Assembly: GCA_963675665.1 (NCBI GenBank)
Contig: OY776510.1
Location: 3,072,001-3,136,000, forward strand
Reading direction: 5' to 3'
Length of the DNA stretch: 64,000 bases
Source: Spirochaetia bacterium
GTDB lineage: Bacteria > Spirochaetota > Spirochaetia > UBA9216
The notes under the pieces: generated by a model
The model's database searches: none
Seen by the model: the letters and a program-made list of their open reading frames with translations, nothing else
What the model was told of the DNA's origin: nothing
Part shown: piece by piece, positions 39,438-50,120 of the stretch
How the letters are laid out: each line of letters opens with the position of its first letter
How positions within the stretch are numbered: the first letter of the stretch is position 1
Program-made: the position numbers and the translations under genes

Positions 39438-40720
39438 AATTATTTTCGGGATTCTCTTTCTTTCTTGGAATCAGAAATTTTTATACATTCAGGAAAGGAA
39501 AAAAAAGAACAATGGCGGGAGCAGCTATAGCAATTGCCCTGTCTGTAATACCCCTTATAGTAGTTATAGAAGTCTCCGACGGTATGATTGAAGGAATTAC
39601 AAGACGATTTATTGAGCTTGAAACAGGCCATATTCAGCTTATGCCCTTTGAGGAAAGCAGTGTGAAGGAATTGAAGAATGTGAGTCTGGAACTGATGGAA
39701 TTGCCTGGAGTAAGATATGCTGCACCGGTATACCGGGGAACTGCATTGATCTACTCAAAAAGTTTCAGAACAGGAATCCAGATAAAAGCTTTTCCTGAGG
39801 ATATTCTTGAGAAAGATGACGGTTTCAGAAAGTATCTCGAAATAATCGACGGAGATTTTGATCTTTCAGATCAGTCAGGGATATTGCTAAGTAAAGAAAT
39901 TGCCGGGCAGCTCAATATATCAACCGGAGAAACTGTAAAATTATTGACAGCCAAAAGAACCAGAAGCGGAAAGATGATTCTCAGGCCCGAGCAATTCATT
40001 GTCAGGGGAATATTTTCTACCGGATATTACGAAGTAGACGCACTTTCAGGATATATTGGACTTGAGAAAGGAGAAAAGCTTTTCAGCGGTGACGGACAGC
40101 TGATTATTCAATGTAAAATTGATGATCCGTATAACGGTGCAGATGCGGCAGCAATGCAAATGCAGAAAAGCCTGGATACAGACATGTCTGTGACAACCTG
40201 GTACAGAATGCAAAGATCCATGTATGAATCATTATATACTACAAGGATACTGCTTATATTTATCATGGCGATAATACTGGTAGTTGCTGCCGTTAACATT
40301 ACATCCTCCATGATAATAATGGTGATTGAGCGGCAGCAGGATATAGCGATATTAAAAAGCTGCGGCACAAGCAGAAGACAGATAAGAAACTCCTTCATAA
40401 TAACAGGCATGATGACCGGGATTGCCGGAGCTGCCGCCGGAACATTAACCGGACTGGCTATTGCCGTCAATGTAAATGGAATAATAAATTTCTTTCAAAC
40501 TTTCTCTGGCTGGTTTAACAGAGAGATTTTAAACAGCTCCGAAACCTTCTCACTTCTTTCCGCTTCTACATATTATCTTGACGAAATACCTGTAGATCTG
40601 GATCCGAAAAAGATAATAGCTGTAGCTGCCGGTGCAGTAGTTTTATCGGTAATAGCGGCCGTACTGCCTGCGCGCAAGGCGGAAAAACTGATGCCCCTGG
40701 AAATAATGAGAAAACATTAG
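39434..40720 (+). CDS. LolC/E-family ABC permease
   Basis: ERQQDIAILKSCG, YYLDEIP, PARKAEKLMPLEIMR. Confidence 0.87.
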   Translation: MKLFSGFSFFLGIRNFYTFRKGKKRTMAGAAIAIALSVIPLIVVIEVSDGMIEGITRRFIELETGHIQLMPFEESSVKELKNVSLELMELPGVRYAAPVYRGTALIYSKSFRTGIQIKAFPEDILEKDDGFRKYLEIIDGDFDLSDQSGILLSKEIAGQLNISTGETVKLLTAKRTRSGKMILRPEQFIVRGIFSTGYYEVDALSGYIGLEKGEKLFSGDGQLIIQCKIDDPYNGADAAAMQMQKSLDTDMSVTTWYRMQRSMYESLYTTRILLIFIMAIILVVAAVNITSSMIIMVIERQQDIAILKSCGTSRRQIRNSFIITGMMTGIAGAAAGTLTGLAIAVNVNGIINFFQTFSGWFNREILNSSETFSLLSASTYYLDEIPVDLDPKKIIAVAAGAVVLSVIAAVLPARKAEKLMPLEIMRKH

Positions 40721-40790
40721 TATTGAAATAAGATTATAATATTATAGAATTTCTCCCGAAATTTTATTACACTAAAAGTAAGGTGAATAG

Positions 40791-41303
40791 ATGAAATGCG
40801 ATATTTGCGGTGAAAAAGACGCCGTTATACATGTTAAACAGATTGCAGGCGATAAAATAACTGAACTTCATTTATGTGCGGATTGTGCCGGTGAAAAAGG
40901 CATATCCGGTGAAGAAGATGTAATAGAATTGTCGCTTTCACAGTTGCTGACCAGTCTGATAGATTTGACTGATCGCTATGCCGATAAAGAAGACAGAAGT
41001 GTCTGCTCTACATGCGGAACTACAATAAAGGATTTCAGAAAAAATGCTGCAGTCGGATGTGCTGATTGCTATAATACCTTCAGCAGGGAGATTGAAGCAT
41101 ATCTTGAGAATACGGCCGGACAGGTTCAGCATGTGGGAAAACTTCCCGAGAAAGTCGGGACGCTGAAAAAACTGCTTATAGACAAGGAAAGCCTTCGTGA
41201 AAAGCTTGAGAGCGCTATTGCGCAGGAAAATTATGAACAGGCAGCTGTCCTGCGCGACAGAATAAAGATAATTGAACAACGCGCCGGAGTGGAAGATGAA
41301 TAA
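40791..41303 (+). CDS. mcsA: Protein-arginine kinase activator with UvrB/C motif
   Basis: Four CxxC motifs, HVGKLP, ENYEQAAVLRDRI; adjacent to mcsB and clpC. Confidence 0.9.
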   Translation: MKCDICGEKDAVIHVKQIAGDKITELHLCADCAGEKGISGEEDVIELSLSQLLTSLIDLTDRYADKEDRSVCSTCGTTIKDFRKNAAVGCADCYNTFSREIEAYLENTAGQVQHVGKLPEKVGTLKKLLIDKESLREKLESAIAQENYEQAAVLRDRIKIIEQRAGVEDE

Positions 41304-42357
41304 TACAGTCAAGATTGATAAAAAAAAAGGTTGGTTCTCTCAGCGCGGAAACAGGGATGATGTGGTTATTTCAAGCCGTGTACGACTTGCGCGGAATATT
41401 AACGGTCATAAATTTCCGGGTAAACTGAGTACAGAAGATGAAGAAAATGTAGATCGGGAAATTATTGATGCATTCGAAACGATGGGAAAATCGGAAGAAT
41501 GGGGATATTCCGGAATCGGTAAAATCAAGCCGCTTGACAGAAAAATTCTTCTTGAGCGTAATTACCTGACACAGGATTTTATACTGCATTTGAATAAAAA
41601 TATAATCTTGAGAAAAGACAATCTTTGCTCATGTATTTTAAATGATAAAGATCATTTAAGGCTTTCAGTTTTTAACGGCGGTCTTGAAGTCCGCAAATGC
41701 GCAGAAAGGGCGGACGCTATTGATTTAAATCTTGAGGCAAAACTGGATTATGCCGTTTCATTTGAATTCGGATACCTGAATACAGAAGTTAACAACCTGG
41801 GTACCGGTATGAAAGCGTCCGTGATGATGCATCTGCCGGCGCTTGTAAGAACCAATCTGATTGAAAAAGCTTTAAAGGCGGTAGTGCAGATTGGTTTTAC
41901 TGTCAAGGGTTTTATGGGAGATGAAGATAATTCTCTTGGAAGTATGTACCAGATATCCAATCAGTTTACAATCGGACAGTCCGAATCCGAAATTATTGAG
42001 AAGCTGGAAAATCTTGCTATACAGATATCCGATTACGAACAAAAAGCAAGAGTAGAAATGTATGAGAAAAAGCGAACCGAGATTGAAGACTATATTTTCA
42101 GAGCTTTCGGCCTTTTGACTAACTGCAGGCTGTTAACGTCAAATGAGGCTATAAGTAATTTGTCGGCATTGAGAATGGGAATATCGCTCGGGTTAATTGA
42201 TTTGCCGATTGAGATTTGTACCGGTCTGATTTTTCTAAGCCAGAAATCTCATATTCAGAAGATGATAAAGGATAAGGACGCAGGGGCTGACGAAATGCTG
42301 GTTGATTATACACGTGCAGAGTATATCAAGGACGCAATCAGTAAAAAGAAGCTTTAA
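41296..42357 (+). CDS. mcsB: McsB-like ATP:guanido phosphotransferase (active-site motifs degenerate)
   Basis: [30 protein letters not shown]. Confidence 0.85.
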   Translation: MNNTVKIDKKKGWFSQRGNRDDVVISSRVRLARNINGHKFPGKLSTEDEENVDREIIDAFETMGKSEEWGYSGIGKIKPLDRKILLERNYLTQDFILHLNKNIILRKDNLCSCILNDKDHLRLSVFNGGLEVRKCAERADAIDLNLEAKLDYAVSFEFGYLNTEVNNLGTGMKASVMMHLPALVRTNLIEKALKAVVQIGFTVKGFMGDEDNSLGSMYQISNQFTIGQSESEIIEKLENLAIQISDYEQKARVEMYEKKRTEIEDYIFRAFGLLTNCRLLTSNEAISNLSALRMGISLGLIDLPIEICTGLIFLSQKSHIQKMIKDKDAGADEMLVDYTRAEYIKDAISKKKL

Positions 42358-42374
42358 CCATAGTGGAGGACAGA

Positions 42375-44864
42375 ATGTTTAAGGGTTTGACACAGAGAGC
42401 ACAGAGAATACTGACAATTTTCGCACAGGAAGAAGCTAAAAGGTTTCATTCCGACCAGCTGCTACCTGAGCATATAATTCTGGCGATCATTAAGGAAGGA
42501 GAAGGCATCGGGTACAAGGCCATAAAAAATCTCGGTGTTGATCCTATTGAATTGCAGCTTGAAATAGAACGCAATATTCCAAAGAAACACAGCGGTCTGA
42601 TTCTGGGAGATGTACCGCCTTCAAGAAGAGGTAAAAAAATCCTTGAAGATTCGGCGGAAGAAGCCAGGAATCTTGGGCATGACTATATCGGAACAGAACA
42701 CCTGATAATCGCCGCAATAAATGAAAGCGGCAGTATAACATCAAGGTTTTTTATCAAACAGTCGGTCAGCCCTGAGAATGTACGCAATGCCGTTATGGAA
42801 TTACGCGGACCGGGCAATGTAAAACAGAAGCAGCCCATGCAACAGGAGCAGGCCAGGAAGAAACAGACTGTCAACGGAAAAAAAAGCACGCCTACTCTTG
42901 ACGAGTTTGCAAGGGAATTAACTGAATATGCCCGAGAGAACAAACTTGATCCGGTTATAGGCCGAGATAAGGAAATCCAGCGGGTAATCCAGATTCTGGC
43001 AAGAAGAAATAAAAACAATCCTGTTCTTATCGGAGAACCCGGTGTCGGCAAAACGGCTATTGTAGAAGGGCTTGCGCAGAAAATAGTTTTGGGAGAAGCA
43101 CCGGAAGTACTTATAGGCAAAAGGGTACTGACGCTGGATCTTGCCTCGCTGATTGCCGGGACAAAGTACAGAGGTGAATTTGAAGAACGGCTTAAAAGGG
43201 TTATGAAAGAAATAAGAGCAGCCGGGAATGTAATTCTTTTTATTGACGAACTGCATACAATTATCGGCGCAGGCGGTGCTGAAGGGGCTATAGACGCGTC
43301 GAATATGCTTAAGCCGGCTTTATCAAGGGGAGAGCTTCAATGTATCGGAGCTACAACACTGAACGAATATAAAAAATATATTGAAAAAGATGCCGCGCTT
43401 GAAAGACGTTTTCAGACAATACTGGTTGAAGAACCCAATGTGGATGATACCATTGCCATTCTGAAGGGAATAAAGCTTAATTATGAAGAGCATCATAATG
43501 TACGATACTCCGAAGAAGCACTGCAGGCTGCTGCAAAGCTTTCCGACAAGTATATATCTGACAGGTTTCTGCCGGACAAGGCAATTGATCTGATAGATGA
43601 AGCGGGATCTTACAAGAGGATAAATAACAGTATCAGGCCGAAAGAACTTGCAGATATGGAGAAAAAGATAGAAGACCTCACCCAGGAGAAAATTACACTG
43701 GTAAACAGTCAGAATTATGAAAAGGCTGCCGCTGTAAGAGATACCGTAAGAAAAATGAAGAGTGAAGTCGAAGAACTCAAGAAGGGATGGCAGGACAGCC
43801 TTAAACATGAGAAAAATGAGGTTGACGCAGACGATATTCAGGAATTAATCTCAAATATTACAGGAATACCGTTATTCAGGATTGCGCAATCCGAATCCGA
43901 ACGGCTGCTGAAGATTGAAGAAGAGCTTCATAAAACAGTAATCGGACAGGAAGACGGAATAAAGGTTATCGCATCTTCGATAAGACGTTCCAGGACCGGA
44001 TTAAGTTCTCCGTCAAGACCAATGGGTTCCTTTATTTTCCTGGGACCAACCGGCGTCGGAAAAACGCTTCTTGCAAAAACACTGGCTGAGTTTCTCTTTG
44101 GCAACCAGGATTCGCTGATACGTATCGACATGTCCGATTACATGGAAAAACATAATCTTTCAAGATTGGTCGGAGCTCCTCCGGGCTATGTAGGTTATGA
44201 GGAAGGCGGGATTCTTACAGAGCAGATAAGAAGAAGACCCTACAGTGTAATTTTACTGGATGAAATAGAAAAGGCACATCCGGACGTATTCAATCTTCTT
44301 TTACAGGTTCTGGAAGAAGGCGAACTTGCCGACAATCTTGGGCACAAGGTGTCTTTCCGCAATGCGGTATTGATTATGACCAGTAATGCCGGTGCAAGGG
44401 AAATATCAAGGGGATCTTCTCTGGGGTTTTCTGTTCACGAAGGTATTATGGATCACGGTGAAATTAAAACATCGGCAATGAATGAGTTGAAACGTGTTTT
44501 CAGGCCGGAGTTTCTTAACAGAATAGATGATATTGTTGTATTCCACAGCCTCGCAAAAAAAGAAGTTAGCGCCATTTTTGATATAATGATGTCAGAAGTT
44601 GCATTAAGACTTTTTGAAAACAATATTTTTATAGAAATCAGTAAAAAGGCAAAAGAAAAATTGATTGAAGACGGGTATGATGTTAAATTTGGAGCAAGAC
44701 CTCTGCGTCGTACTATTCAGAATGAGATAGAGGACCAGCTTTCAATGGAAATACTGAAAGGTAATTTTAAAAGCGGAGATCATATTCTGGTAGAGCTCAG
44801 AAACGAGAAGATTAAGTTCAGAAAGAAGCAGCCTCAGAAAATAGATGAGGCGCATGTTAAATAA
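42375..44864 (+). CDS. clpC: ATP-dependent Clp protease ATPase ClpC
   Basis: Clp N repeats, [19 protein letters not shown] coiled coil, GARPLRR. Confidence 0.95.
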   Translation: MFKGLTQRAQRILTIFAQEEAKRFHSDQLLPEHIILAIIKEGEGIGYKAIKNLGVDPIELQLEIERNIPKKHSGLILGDVPPSRRGKKILEDSAEEARNLGHDYIGTEHLIIAAINESGSITSRFFIKQSVSPENVRNAVMELRGPGNVKQKQPMQQEQARKKQTVNGKKSTPTLDEFARELTEYARENKLDPVIGRDKEIQRVIQILARRNKNNPVLIGEPGVGKTAIVEGLAQKIVLGEAPEVLIGKRVLTLDLASLIAGTKYRGEFEERLKRVMKEIRAAGNVILFIDELHTIIGAGGAEGAIDASNMLKPALSRGELQCIGATTLNEYKKYIEKDAALERRFQTILVEEPNVDDTIAILKGIKLNYEEHHNVRYSEEALQAAAKLSDKYISDRFLPDKAIDLIDEAGSYKRINNSIRPKELADMEKKIEDLTQEKITLVNSQNYEKAAAVRDTVRKMKSEVEELKKGWQDSLKHEKNEVDADDIQELISNITGIPLFRIAQSESERLLKIEEELHKTVIGQEDGIKVIASSIRRSRTGLSSPSRPMGSFIFLGPTGVGKTLLAKTLAEFLFGNQDSLIRIDMSDYMEKHNLSRLVGAPPGYVGYEEGGILTEQIRRRPYSVILLDEIEKAHPDVFNLLLQVLEEGELADNLGHKVSFRNAVLIMTSNAGAREISRGSSLGFSVHEGIMDHGEIKTSAMNELKRVFRPEFLNRIDDIVVFHSLAKKEVSAIFDIMMSEVALRLFENNIFIEISKKAKEKLIEDGYDVKFGARPLRRTIQNEIEDQLSMEILKGNFKSGDHILVELRNEKIKFRKKQPQKIDEAHVK

Positions 44865-45477
44865 GCCTTTAAGCAGTATATTTTTCACAGCTTTCGATTT
44901 CGAAACAACAGGATTGTATCCTGAAAAGGACAGAATTATAGAGATCGGGGCTGTCAAATTTAATCTCGACGGTGAAGAGTACAGGTTCTCGGGGCTGATT
45001 AATCCGGGAATGAATATTCCTGAACAGGCTTCCGCCGTTAACGGCATATATGATTCAATGGTAGAAAACAAACCGGAAATCGGTAGTATTTTGCCTGATT
45101 TTGCCGATTTTATTAACGATACCGTGCTTGTTGCTCACAATATTGGTTTTGATGCAAGTTTCCTGACTTATACAGCTGCAAGAGAAGGTTTTAAATTACC
45201 GGATCTTGTCTGTCTTGATACTATTCAGCTTGCCAAAAAATATTTCAGCGGACATTACAGCTACAGTCTGGAAAACATAAGCAAAGCATTGGGTATAAGC
45301 ATTGAAAACGCACACCGTGCGGAAGACGATGCTGAAGCCTGTATGAAGCTTTTCAGGAAATGTCTGGACAAGATAGAAGATTATCAGTATCTCGAATTAA
45401 GAGGTTTGTTAAAGAAATCAGGCATAAGAAAAAAAAGTTTGTTAAGTAATTACGGTTTGGAAGGTTGGAAAAAATGA
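44854..45477 (+). CDS. DEDDh 3'-5' exonuclease (DNA polymerase III epsilon-like)
   Basis: [21 protein letters not shown]. Confidence 0.9.
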   Translation: MLNKPLSSIFFTAFDFETTGLYPEKDRIIEIGAVKFNLDGEEYRFSGLINPGMNIPEQASAVNGIYDSMVENKPEIGSILPDFADFINDTVLVAHNIGFDASFLTYTAAREGFKLPDLVCLDTIQLAKKYFSGHYSYSLENISKALGISIENAHRAEDDAEACMKLFRKCLDKIEDYQYLELRGLLKKSGIRKKSLLSNYGLEGWKK

Positions 45478-46403
45478 ATCTTGAAGCATTTGTACTCGGA
45501 ACAGGCGGCATGATGCCGCTTCCTCACAGATTTCTTACTTCCGTTCTTCTGAGAAGAGAAGGAGAACTCTTTCTTTTTGATTGCGGAGAGGCCACACAGA
45601 TAAGTTTAAGAAAGCTTAATCTTAAGTGGAAAAAAATAACTGCTATTTTCATATCGCATACGCATGCTGATCATATAACCGGACTGCCCGGAATACTGAT
45701 GCTGTCGTCCCAGGTTGACAGAAATGAACCCTTGTATATATACGGGCCGCCTAAAATACGCGAGTATGTTGAGACAAGCAGAAAAGTACTCGATATGTAT
45801 ATAAATTACGAGATAATCGTTGAAGAAATAAGGGAAGACGGTCCGGTTTATAAAGGGGAGGGGTTTAAAATAGACTCATTCAGCCTGTCTCATACGAAAC
45901 CTTGCGTGGGTTATACATTAACGGAAGATCACCGTCCGGGTGTTTTTTACCCGGAAAAAGCTGAAGAATTAAAAGTCCCGAAGGGACCGTTGTGGTCTTC
46001 GCTTCAGAAGGGAGAAAATGTTGTTCTGGAAAGCGGGGAAACAGTAAAACCCGAAGATGTACTGGGAGATGAACGTTCAGGCCGGAAATTTTCATATGTA
46101 ACGGATACTGTATATCTTGAAAAAATATCAAAACATGTAGGTAATTCTGATTTATTCATCTGTGAAGGGATGTTCAAACATGAGCTTGAAGAAGATGCTG
46201 CTGAAAAAATGCATATGACTGCAGTTCAGGCGGCTGAAACGGCAAAGACCGCAGGCGGCGTTAAAAAGATGGGTCTTATCCATTACAGTCCCAGGTATAT
46301 AGAATCAGACTTGCGCGCTATGCTTAAAGAGGCAAAAGAGATTTTCCCCGCTACTTTTCTTACCCGCGACGGGCAGTATATTTCCATTCCGAATGTCGAC
46401 TGA
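45474..46403 (+). CDS. rnz: Ribonuclease Z
   Basis: LGTGG, FDCGE, HTHADH, exosite GP motif, HYSPRY. Confidence 0.93.
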   Translation: MNLEAFVLGTGGMMPLPHRFLTSVLLRREGELFLFDCGEATQISLRKLNLKWKKITAIFISHTHADHITGLPGILMLSSQVDRNEPLYIYGPPKIREYVETSRKVLDMYINYEIIVEEIREDGPVYKGEGFKIDSFSLSHTKPCVGYTLTEDHRPGVFYPEKAEELKVPKGPLWSSLQKGENVVLESGETVKPEDVLGDERSGRKFSYVTDTVYLEKISKHVGNSDLFICEGMFKHELEEDAAEKMHMTAVQAAETAKTAGGVKKMGLIHYSPRYIESDLRAMLKEAKEIFPATFLTRDGQYISIPNVD

Positions 46404-46405
46404 TT

Positions 46406-47572
46406 CTAAAGCGTCGATGCAATATATTCACGGTATTTATTGAGATCAGTGCGAAAAGAAATTGTCGTACTGTCCGGCTCGGATTCAGCACGTGAAAGTG
46501 CAGCCTTCGCTTCGTGAATCATGCGGTTTTCGCTGAGAAGACGGCTGTTGCGTGAGGTTAGGCCGGCATAGACTTTATATGACGAGTCAGGAAATCTTGA
46601 AACAAGACTCTTTCTGAATCTTTCTATTTCATTCAGACCTTCATCGATATCTTTTTCGGGAATTATAACGCAGAAAGTGTGTTCACCTGCTTCAAAAGCA
46701 AGATCCTTATAGGTGAAATGTTCAACAATAAGTTCGGAAATATTACGATAAGGAATAAAACCTGACGGGCTTATTACACTGATAAACGCAAGACAGCTGT
46801 CCTGATCAAAAGACGCGGCGCGCTTTAGTTCGGCCTCAAGTTTTTCACCCAGAAAATGTTCCCAAACAAGTCCGCTGCGTTCGGAATACAATCCCGTTGA
46901 GGCTTGTGATGAGTCATTTTGTGATATGTATTCTGTTGATAGTGCAGGTTCTGTCGAAACCGGAGTAATGGATGATTCGTCTGTTTCTGCTGCCATTGCG
47001 GGCTCGGAAATAGATTCGTATGAAATATTACTCTGTTTGCGGGTGAGAAAAACGATAATAATGATTAAAATATAAATCAGTGAAGCTATAAGGGCATTGC
47101 GCAGAGCAGGAAAAAACAGGTTTCTGTCCATTAAATTGAAAAGAAGAACAGTTTTAACGGAAACGCCGTTGTCAAAATATAGTTTGTTTTCATATTGTCG
47201 AAAAAAAGGCTGTTTAAGAAAGATCTCAGGTTCCCAGCCGGCGAGATTGCCTGTGCCGGGAGGATTAGATAAAATACTGGAGTCATTCAACTTTATATAT
47301 TCAGGCCCTCTGTCGGAATATATAAGAACCCCTTTCAGCGAAGGATAAATATTAAAAAGTTTGTTCACATCTGCAATGAAATATTCTGTAGAAAAAGAAT
47401 AATCGATGGAATAAGCACTTTCGATTTCAGAATTTATTCTGATGGAAACTTCTGTCGATGTATTATATGCGTTTTCCCTTTCTGTATATATCGAATACCC
47501 GGAATAAAACACAATCAGAAGATAAAAAACAATACTTATTGTAAAAAATATTTTTATACCTTTAGTTGCCAT
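46406..47572 (-). CDS. Two-TM membrane protein with degenerate GGDEF-like cytoplasmic domain
   Basis: SGL...LEAELKRA...FEAGEHTFCVIIP...AGLT...EAKAALSRA. Confidence 0.65.
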   Translation of the reverse strand: MATKGIKIFFTISIVFYLLIVFYSGYSIYTERENAYNTSTEVSIRINSEIESAYSIDYSFSTEYFIADVNKLFNIYPSLKGVLIYSDRGPEYIKLNDSSILSNPPGTGNLAGWEPEIFLKQPFFRQYENKLYFDNGVSVKTVLLFNLMDRNLFFPALRNALIASLIYILIIIIVFLTRKQSNISYESISEPAMAAETDESSITPVSTEPALSTEYISQNDSSQASTGLYSERSGLVWEHFLGEKLEAELKRAASFDQDSCLAFISVISPSGFIPYRNISELIVEHFTYKDLAFEAGEHTFCVIIPEKDIDEGLNEIERFRKSLVSRFPDSSYKVYAGLTSRNSRLLSENRMIHEAKAALSRAESEPDSTTISFRTDLNKYREYIASTL

Positions 47573-47652
47573 ATATATTATTATACGGAAGAAAATGGAT
47601 ATGTATATACTTTTTTTTACAAAAAAATATCAACATAAGCTATAATTTTGTT

Positions 47653-48471
47653 ATGAAAAGAAGGAATTTGCTTGCAGGCAGCTGGTATCCGGAAAGTGAA
47701 ACTGAGGTATCGGAGTTACTTGGCAGGTGGACGGATGATATTAAGGTTTATGATGAAAAGTATGCCGCAATTGTACCGCATGCAGGATGGTTTTATTCCG
47801 GGCGAATAGCCGCCAGGGTGCTAAAACAGCTTTGTTATAAAAAAGAACTACTGATAATAATCGGCGGTCATCTGCATCCCGGAAGCAGCATATTAGCCGC
47901 ATATGAGGAAGAGATTGAGCTTCCTTTAAAATCAGTCAAAAACAGGATTGAATTACTGGATAAATTAAGAAAAGAGATTCGTATCAAAGAGGACGTATAT
48001 CAGGACAACACTGTAGAAGTTGTTGCAGCTATGATCTCGTACTTTTCGCCTGAAGCTGAGATTTTATGGTTAAGGGCACCGGCCGACAGCCAGTCAGTAT
48101 CTCTTGCTGAAGCAGTATTTAAGTTGATGACAACTGAAAATATTAATGCTGCTGTAATAGGATCAACTGATTTAACTCATTACGGAAGCAATTATTCTTT
48201 TAAACCGAAAGGAAGCGGTAAAGACGCTTTGCAGTGGGTTAAGGAAGTAAATGATGCAGAGTTGATTAATATGCTGCTTGAATTTGATTATAAAAATGCT
48301 ATTGAGCATGCTATTAAAAAAAAATCTGCATGTTCGATTGGTGCAGCAATAGCTGCAGCAAGATTTGCCGAGCTCAACGGGGCAGAAAGAGGAATCCTGG
48401 AAGAATACGCTACCAGTTATGATATAACGCCTGCTGAATCGTTTGTGGGATATGCCGGAATATTATATTAG
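47653..48471 (+). CDS. amrB: AmmeMemoRadiSam system protein B (MEMO1 family)
   Basis: AGSWYP, PHAGWFYSG, STDLTHYG, SFVGYAG. Confidence 0.9.
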   Translation: MKRRNLLAGSWYPESETEVSELLGRWTDDIKVYDEKYAAIVPHAGWFYSGRIAARVLKQLCYKKELLIIIGGHLHPGSSILAAYEEEIELPLKSVKNRIELLDKLRKEIRIKEDVYQDNTVEVVAAMISYFSPEAEILWLRAPADSQSVSLAEAVFKLMTTENINAAVIGSTDLTHYGSNYSFKPKGSGKDALQWVKEVNDAELINMLLEFDYKNAIEHAIKKKSACSIGAAIAAARFAELNGAERGILEEYATSYDITPAESFVGYAGILY

Positions 48472-50120
48472 TCAAGGTACTTTTTAATTATATCAAGAGC
48501 CCAGCTTCTTACTTCGTTAAGAATGAAAGAAGAATTAATATTCATATGTTTATATTTTTTCCGAAAGACAGCAGCAACGGGAAAAAGGGTAGTCCAGATA
48601 TCTTTATCGGTGTATTCAAGTTTTGAGAAATATACAGCCGGGTTCGTTTCAGGAACCGGCAATGATTCAAGTCTCTTTCCATAGGAATTAAGAAAATCTT
48701 TCCAGCCGGATCTTGAACTTCCGGCGGAGAACAGGGGAAAAGCGTCAACATTCTTTTCTTTTTTGTCAACATTGATAGTCTCACCCAAACCGCCAACAGG
48801 AATAATCCTGGCATTAATTTCACCAGAAAAAATCTCCAGCCTTTCCTTGTAACTTATCATCGGCCTGGTGTTGTATCTGTAACCATAGTCTGTTTTTATC
48901 ATTCTGATATTATCGTTTCGGTAAAGAAAGTCATAGAAACTGGATTCTATCGGTTTGACACGCCGGTTTCTGCTGCTGAAATAAGGATAAATATACGTAC
49001 CGCGTGCATAACTTTTTCCTTCGGGATATGAAAAATCAGCACCGTAAATATAGATGTTACGGGCTCCGAGACTGTCGGCAAGGGAGATTGCCGCATGGGT
49101 GACATTCCCGCCTGAAGTGTCGACATAGGGAAATTTTCTCCAGTTTCTGTTAACATATCTGGAAAACGGATGTCCGCTTGTAAAGAAAATTACATTGTCT
49201 GAAAGACCGGCAAGATATCTTGGAGATGCCAGATCCATAACAAGCGGAATCTCACGCGGATAACCGGCCATAAAATGATGATAGGTAATATGCTGGCAAT
49301 CAATTGAAATAACCAAATCCGGAACGATAGAGTTTTTAAGAAGACATGATAATGCCGTATCGGTAGATATAAGGTAACTTTCATCCCTGTGAGACAAAAT
49401 ATGATCGAGATGTATTTCAAGGGAAGGACCGGCGGCAGCTATGCAGATATTTTTTTGCGGCCTGAGGACGGAAAATGATTTTTCAGCTGCTTTAAGATTT
49501 GATATGGAATTTATAAACCATCGTTTGCCGAACCACGTCTGGACTGTGTAATCGTCTGATAAAGTATCAAGAACATCCTGAATTTTTGTAAAGATTGAAA
49601 GGAAATATTCTTTTTCAGATTCTACTCTTGAACGAAGTTGTAAAGTTCTGAAATCACCAGTAACAGCCGGAAGGTAGTTGGACGGAAGATAATCACTTAT
49701 GAATTCAGAGGTTTTATCGATAAGCAAAGAAATTCTTGAGTCTGAAAAAATATCGGACATATCTATTCTTGTTAAGATTTTTTTTATTATATCGATATCT
49801 TTCTCAATTATCAGAATACCGTTTACATCCGGCTTTTCGAGTAAGGCTTTGATATGGTATCCGGCTCCGAGACCAAAAACAACAATATACCCACCCCCTT
49901 TAATAGAATCTGCATATCGCTGAGCTTCCTTCGCCGGGTCAAACATTGAATGAAGAGAATATTCTCTTCCGTTAACTTCAAAGACGGGAACAATCAGGTT
50001 AGTCTTTGAAACTTTAAATCTGATTCTATCTGAAATATCACCTTTTGTAAGTTCGGCTGCAGCTTCCTTGTTGTGTAGTGAAAGTGAAAGAAGGTTCCTG
50101 TCGAGCATATTATCCGTCAT
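48468..50120 (-). CDS. Motility-associated factor (Maf/DUF115, MptE-like) protein
   Basis: LHSMFDP..EA, GLGAGYH, AAGPSL, DLVISID, GGNV, GADF. Confidence 0.85.
   Translation of the reverse strand: MTDNMLDRNLLSLSLHNKEAAAELTKGDISDRIRFKVSKTNLIVPVFEVNGREYSLHSMFDPAKEAQRYADSIKGGGYIVVFGLGAGYHIKALLEKPDVNGILIIEKDIDIIKKILTRIDMSDIFSDSRISLLIDKTSEFISDYLPSNYLPAVTGDFRTLQLRSRVESEKEYFLSIFTKIQDVLDTLSDDYTVQTWFGKRWFINSISNLKAAEKSFSVLRPQKNICIAAAGPSLEIHLDHILSHRDESYLISTDTALSCLLKNSIVPDLVISIDCQHITYHHFMAGYPREIPLVMDLASPRYLAGLSDNVIFFTSGHPFSRYVNRNWRKFPYVDTSGGNVTHAAISLADSLGARNIYIYGADFSYPEGKSYARGTYIYPYFSSRNRRVKPIESSFYDFLYRNDNIRMIKTDYGYRYNTRPMISYKERLEIFSGEINARIIPVGGLGETINVDKKEKNVDAFPLFSAGSSRSGWKDFLNSYGKRLESLPVPETNPAVYFSKLEYTDKDIWTTLFPVAAVFRKKYKHMNINSSFILNEVRSWALDIIKKYLD

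Noticed and set aside
37549-40720. LolCDE-like transporter as a dedicated part of the tagged-lipoprotein system
   Set aside because: It lies over 20 kb away in a housekeeping operon with ftsY and is most simply the general Lol pathway.
47653-48471. amrB as part of a local AmmeMemoRadiSam system
   Set aside because: No amrA or radical SAM partner in the window; unlinked copies are not remarkable.
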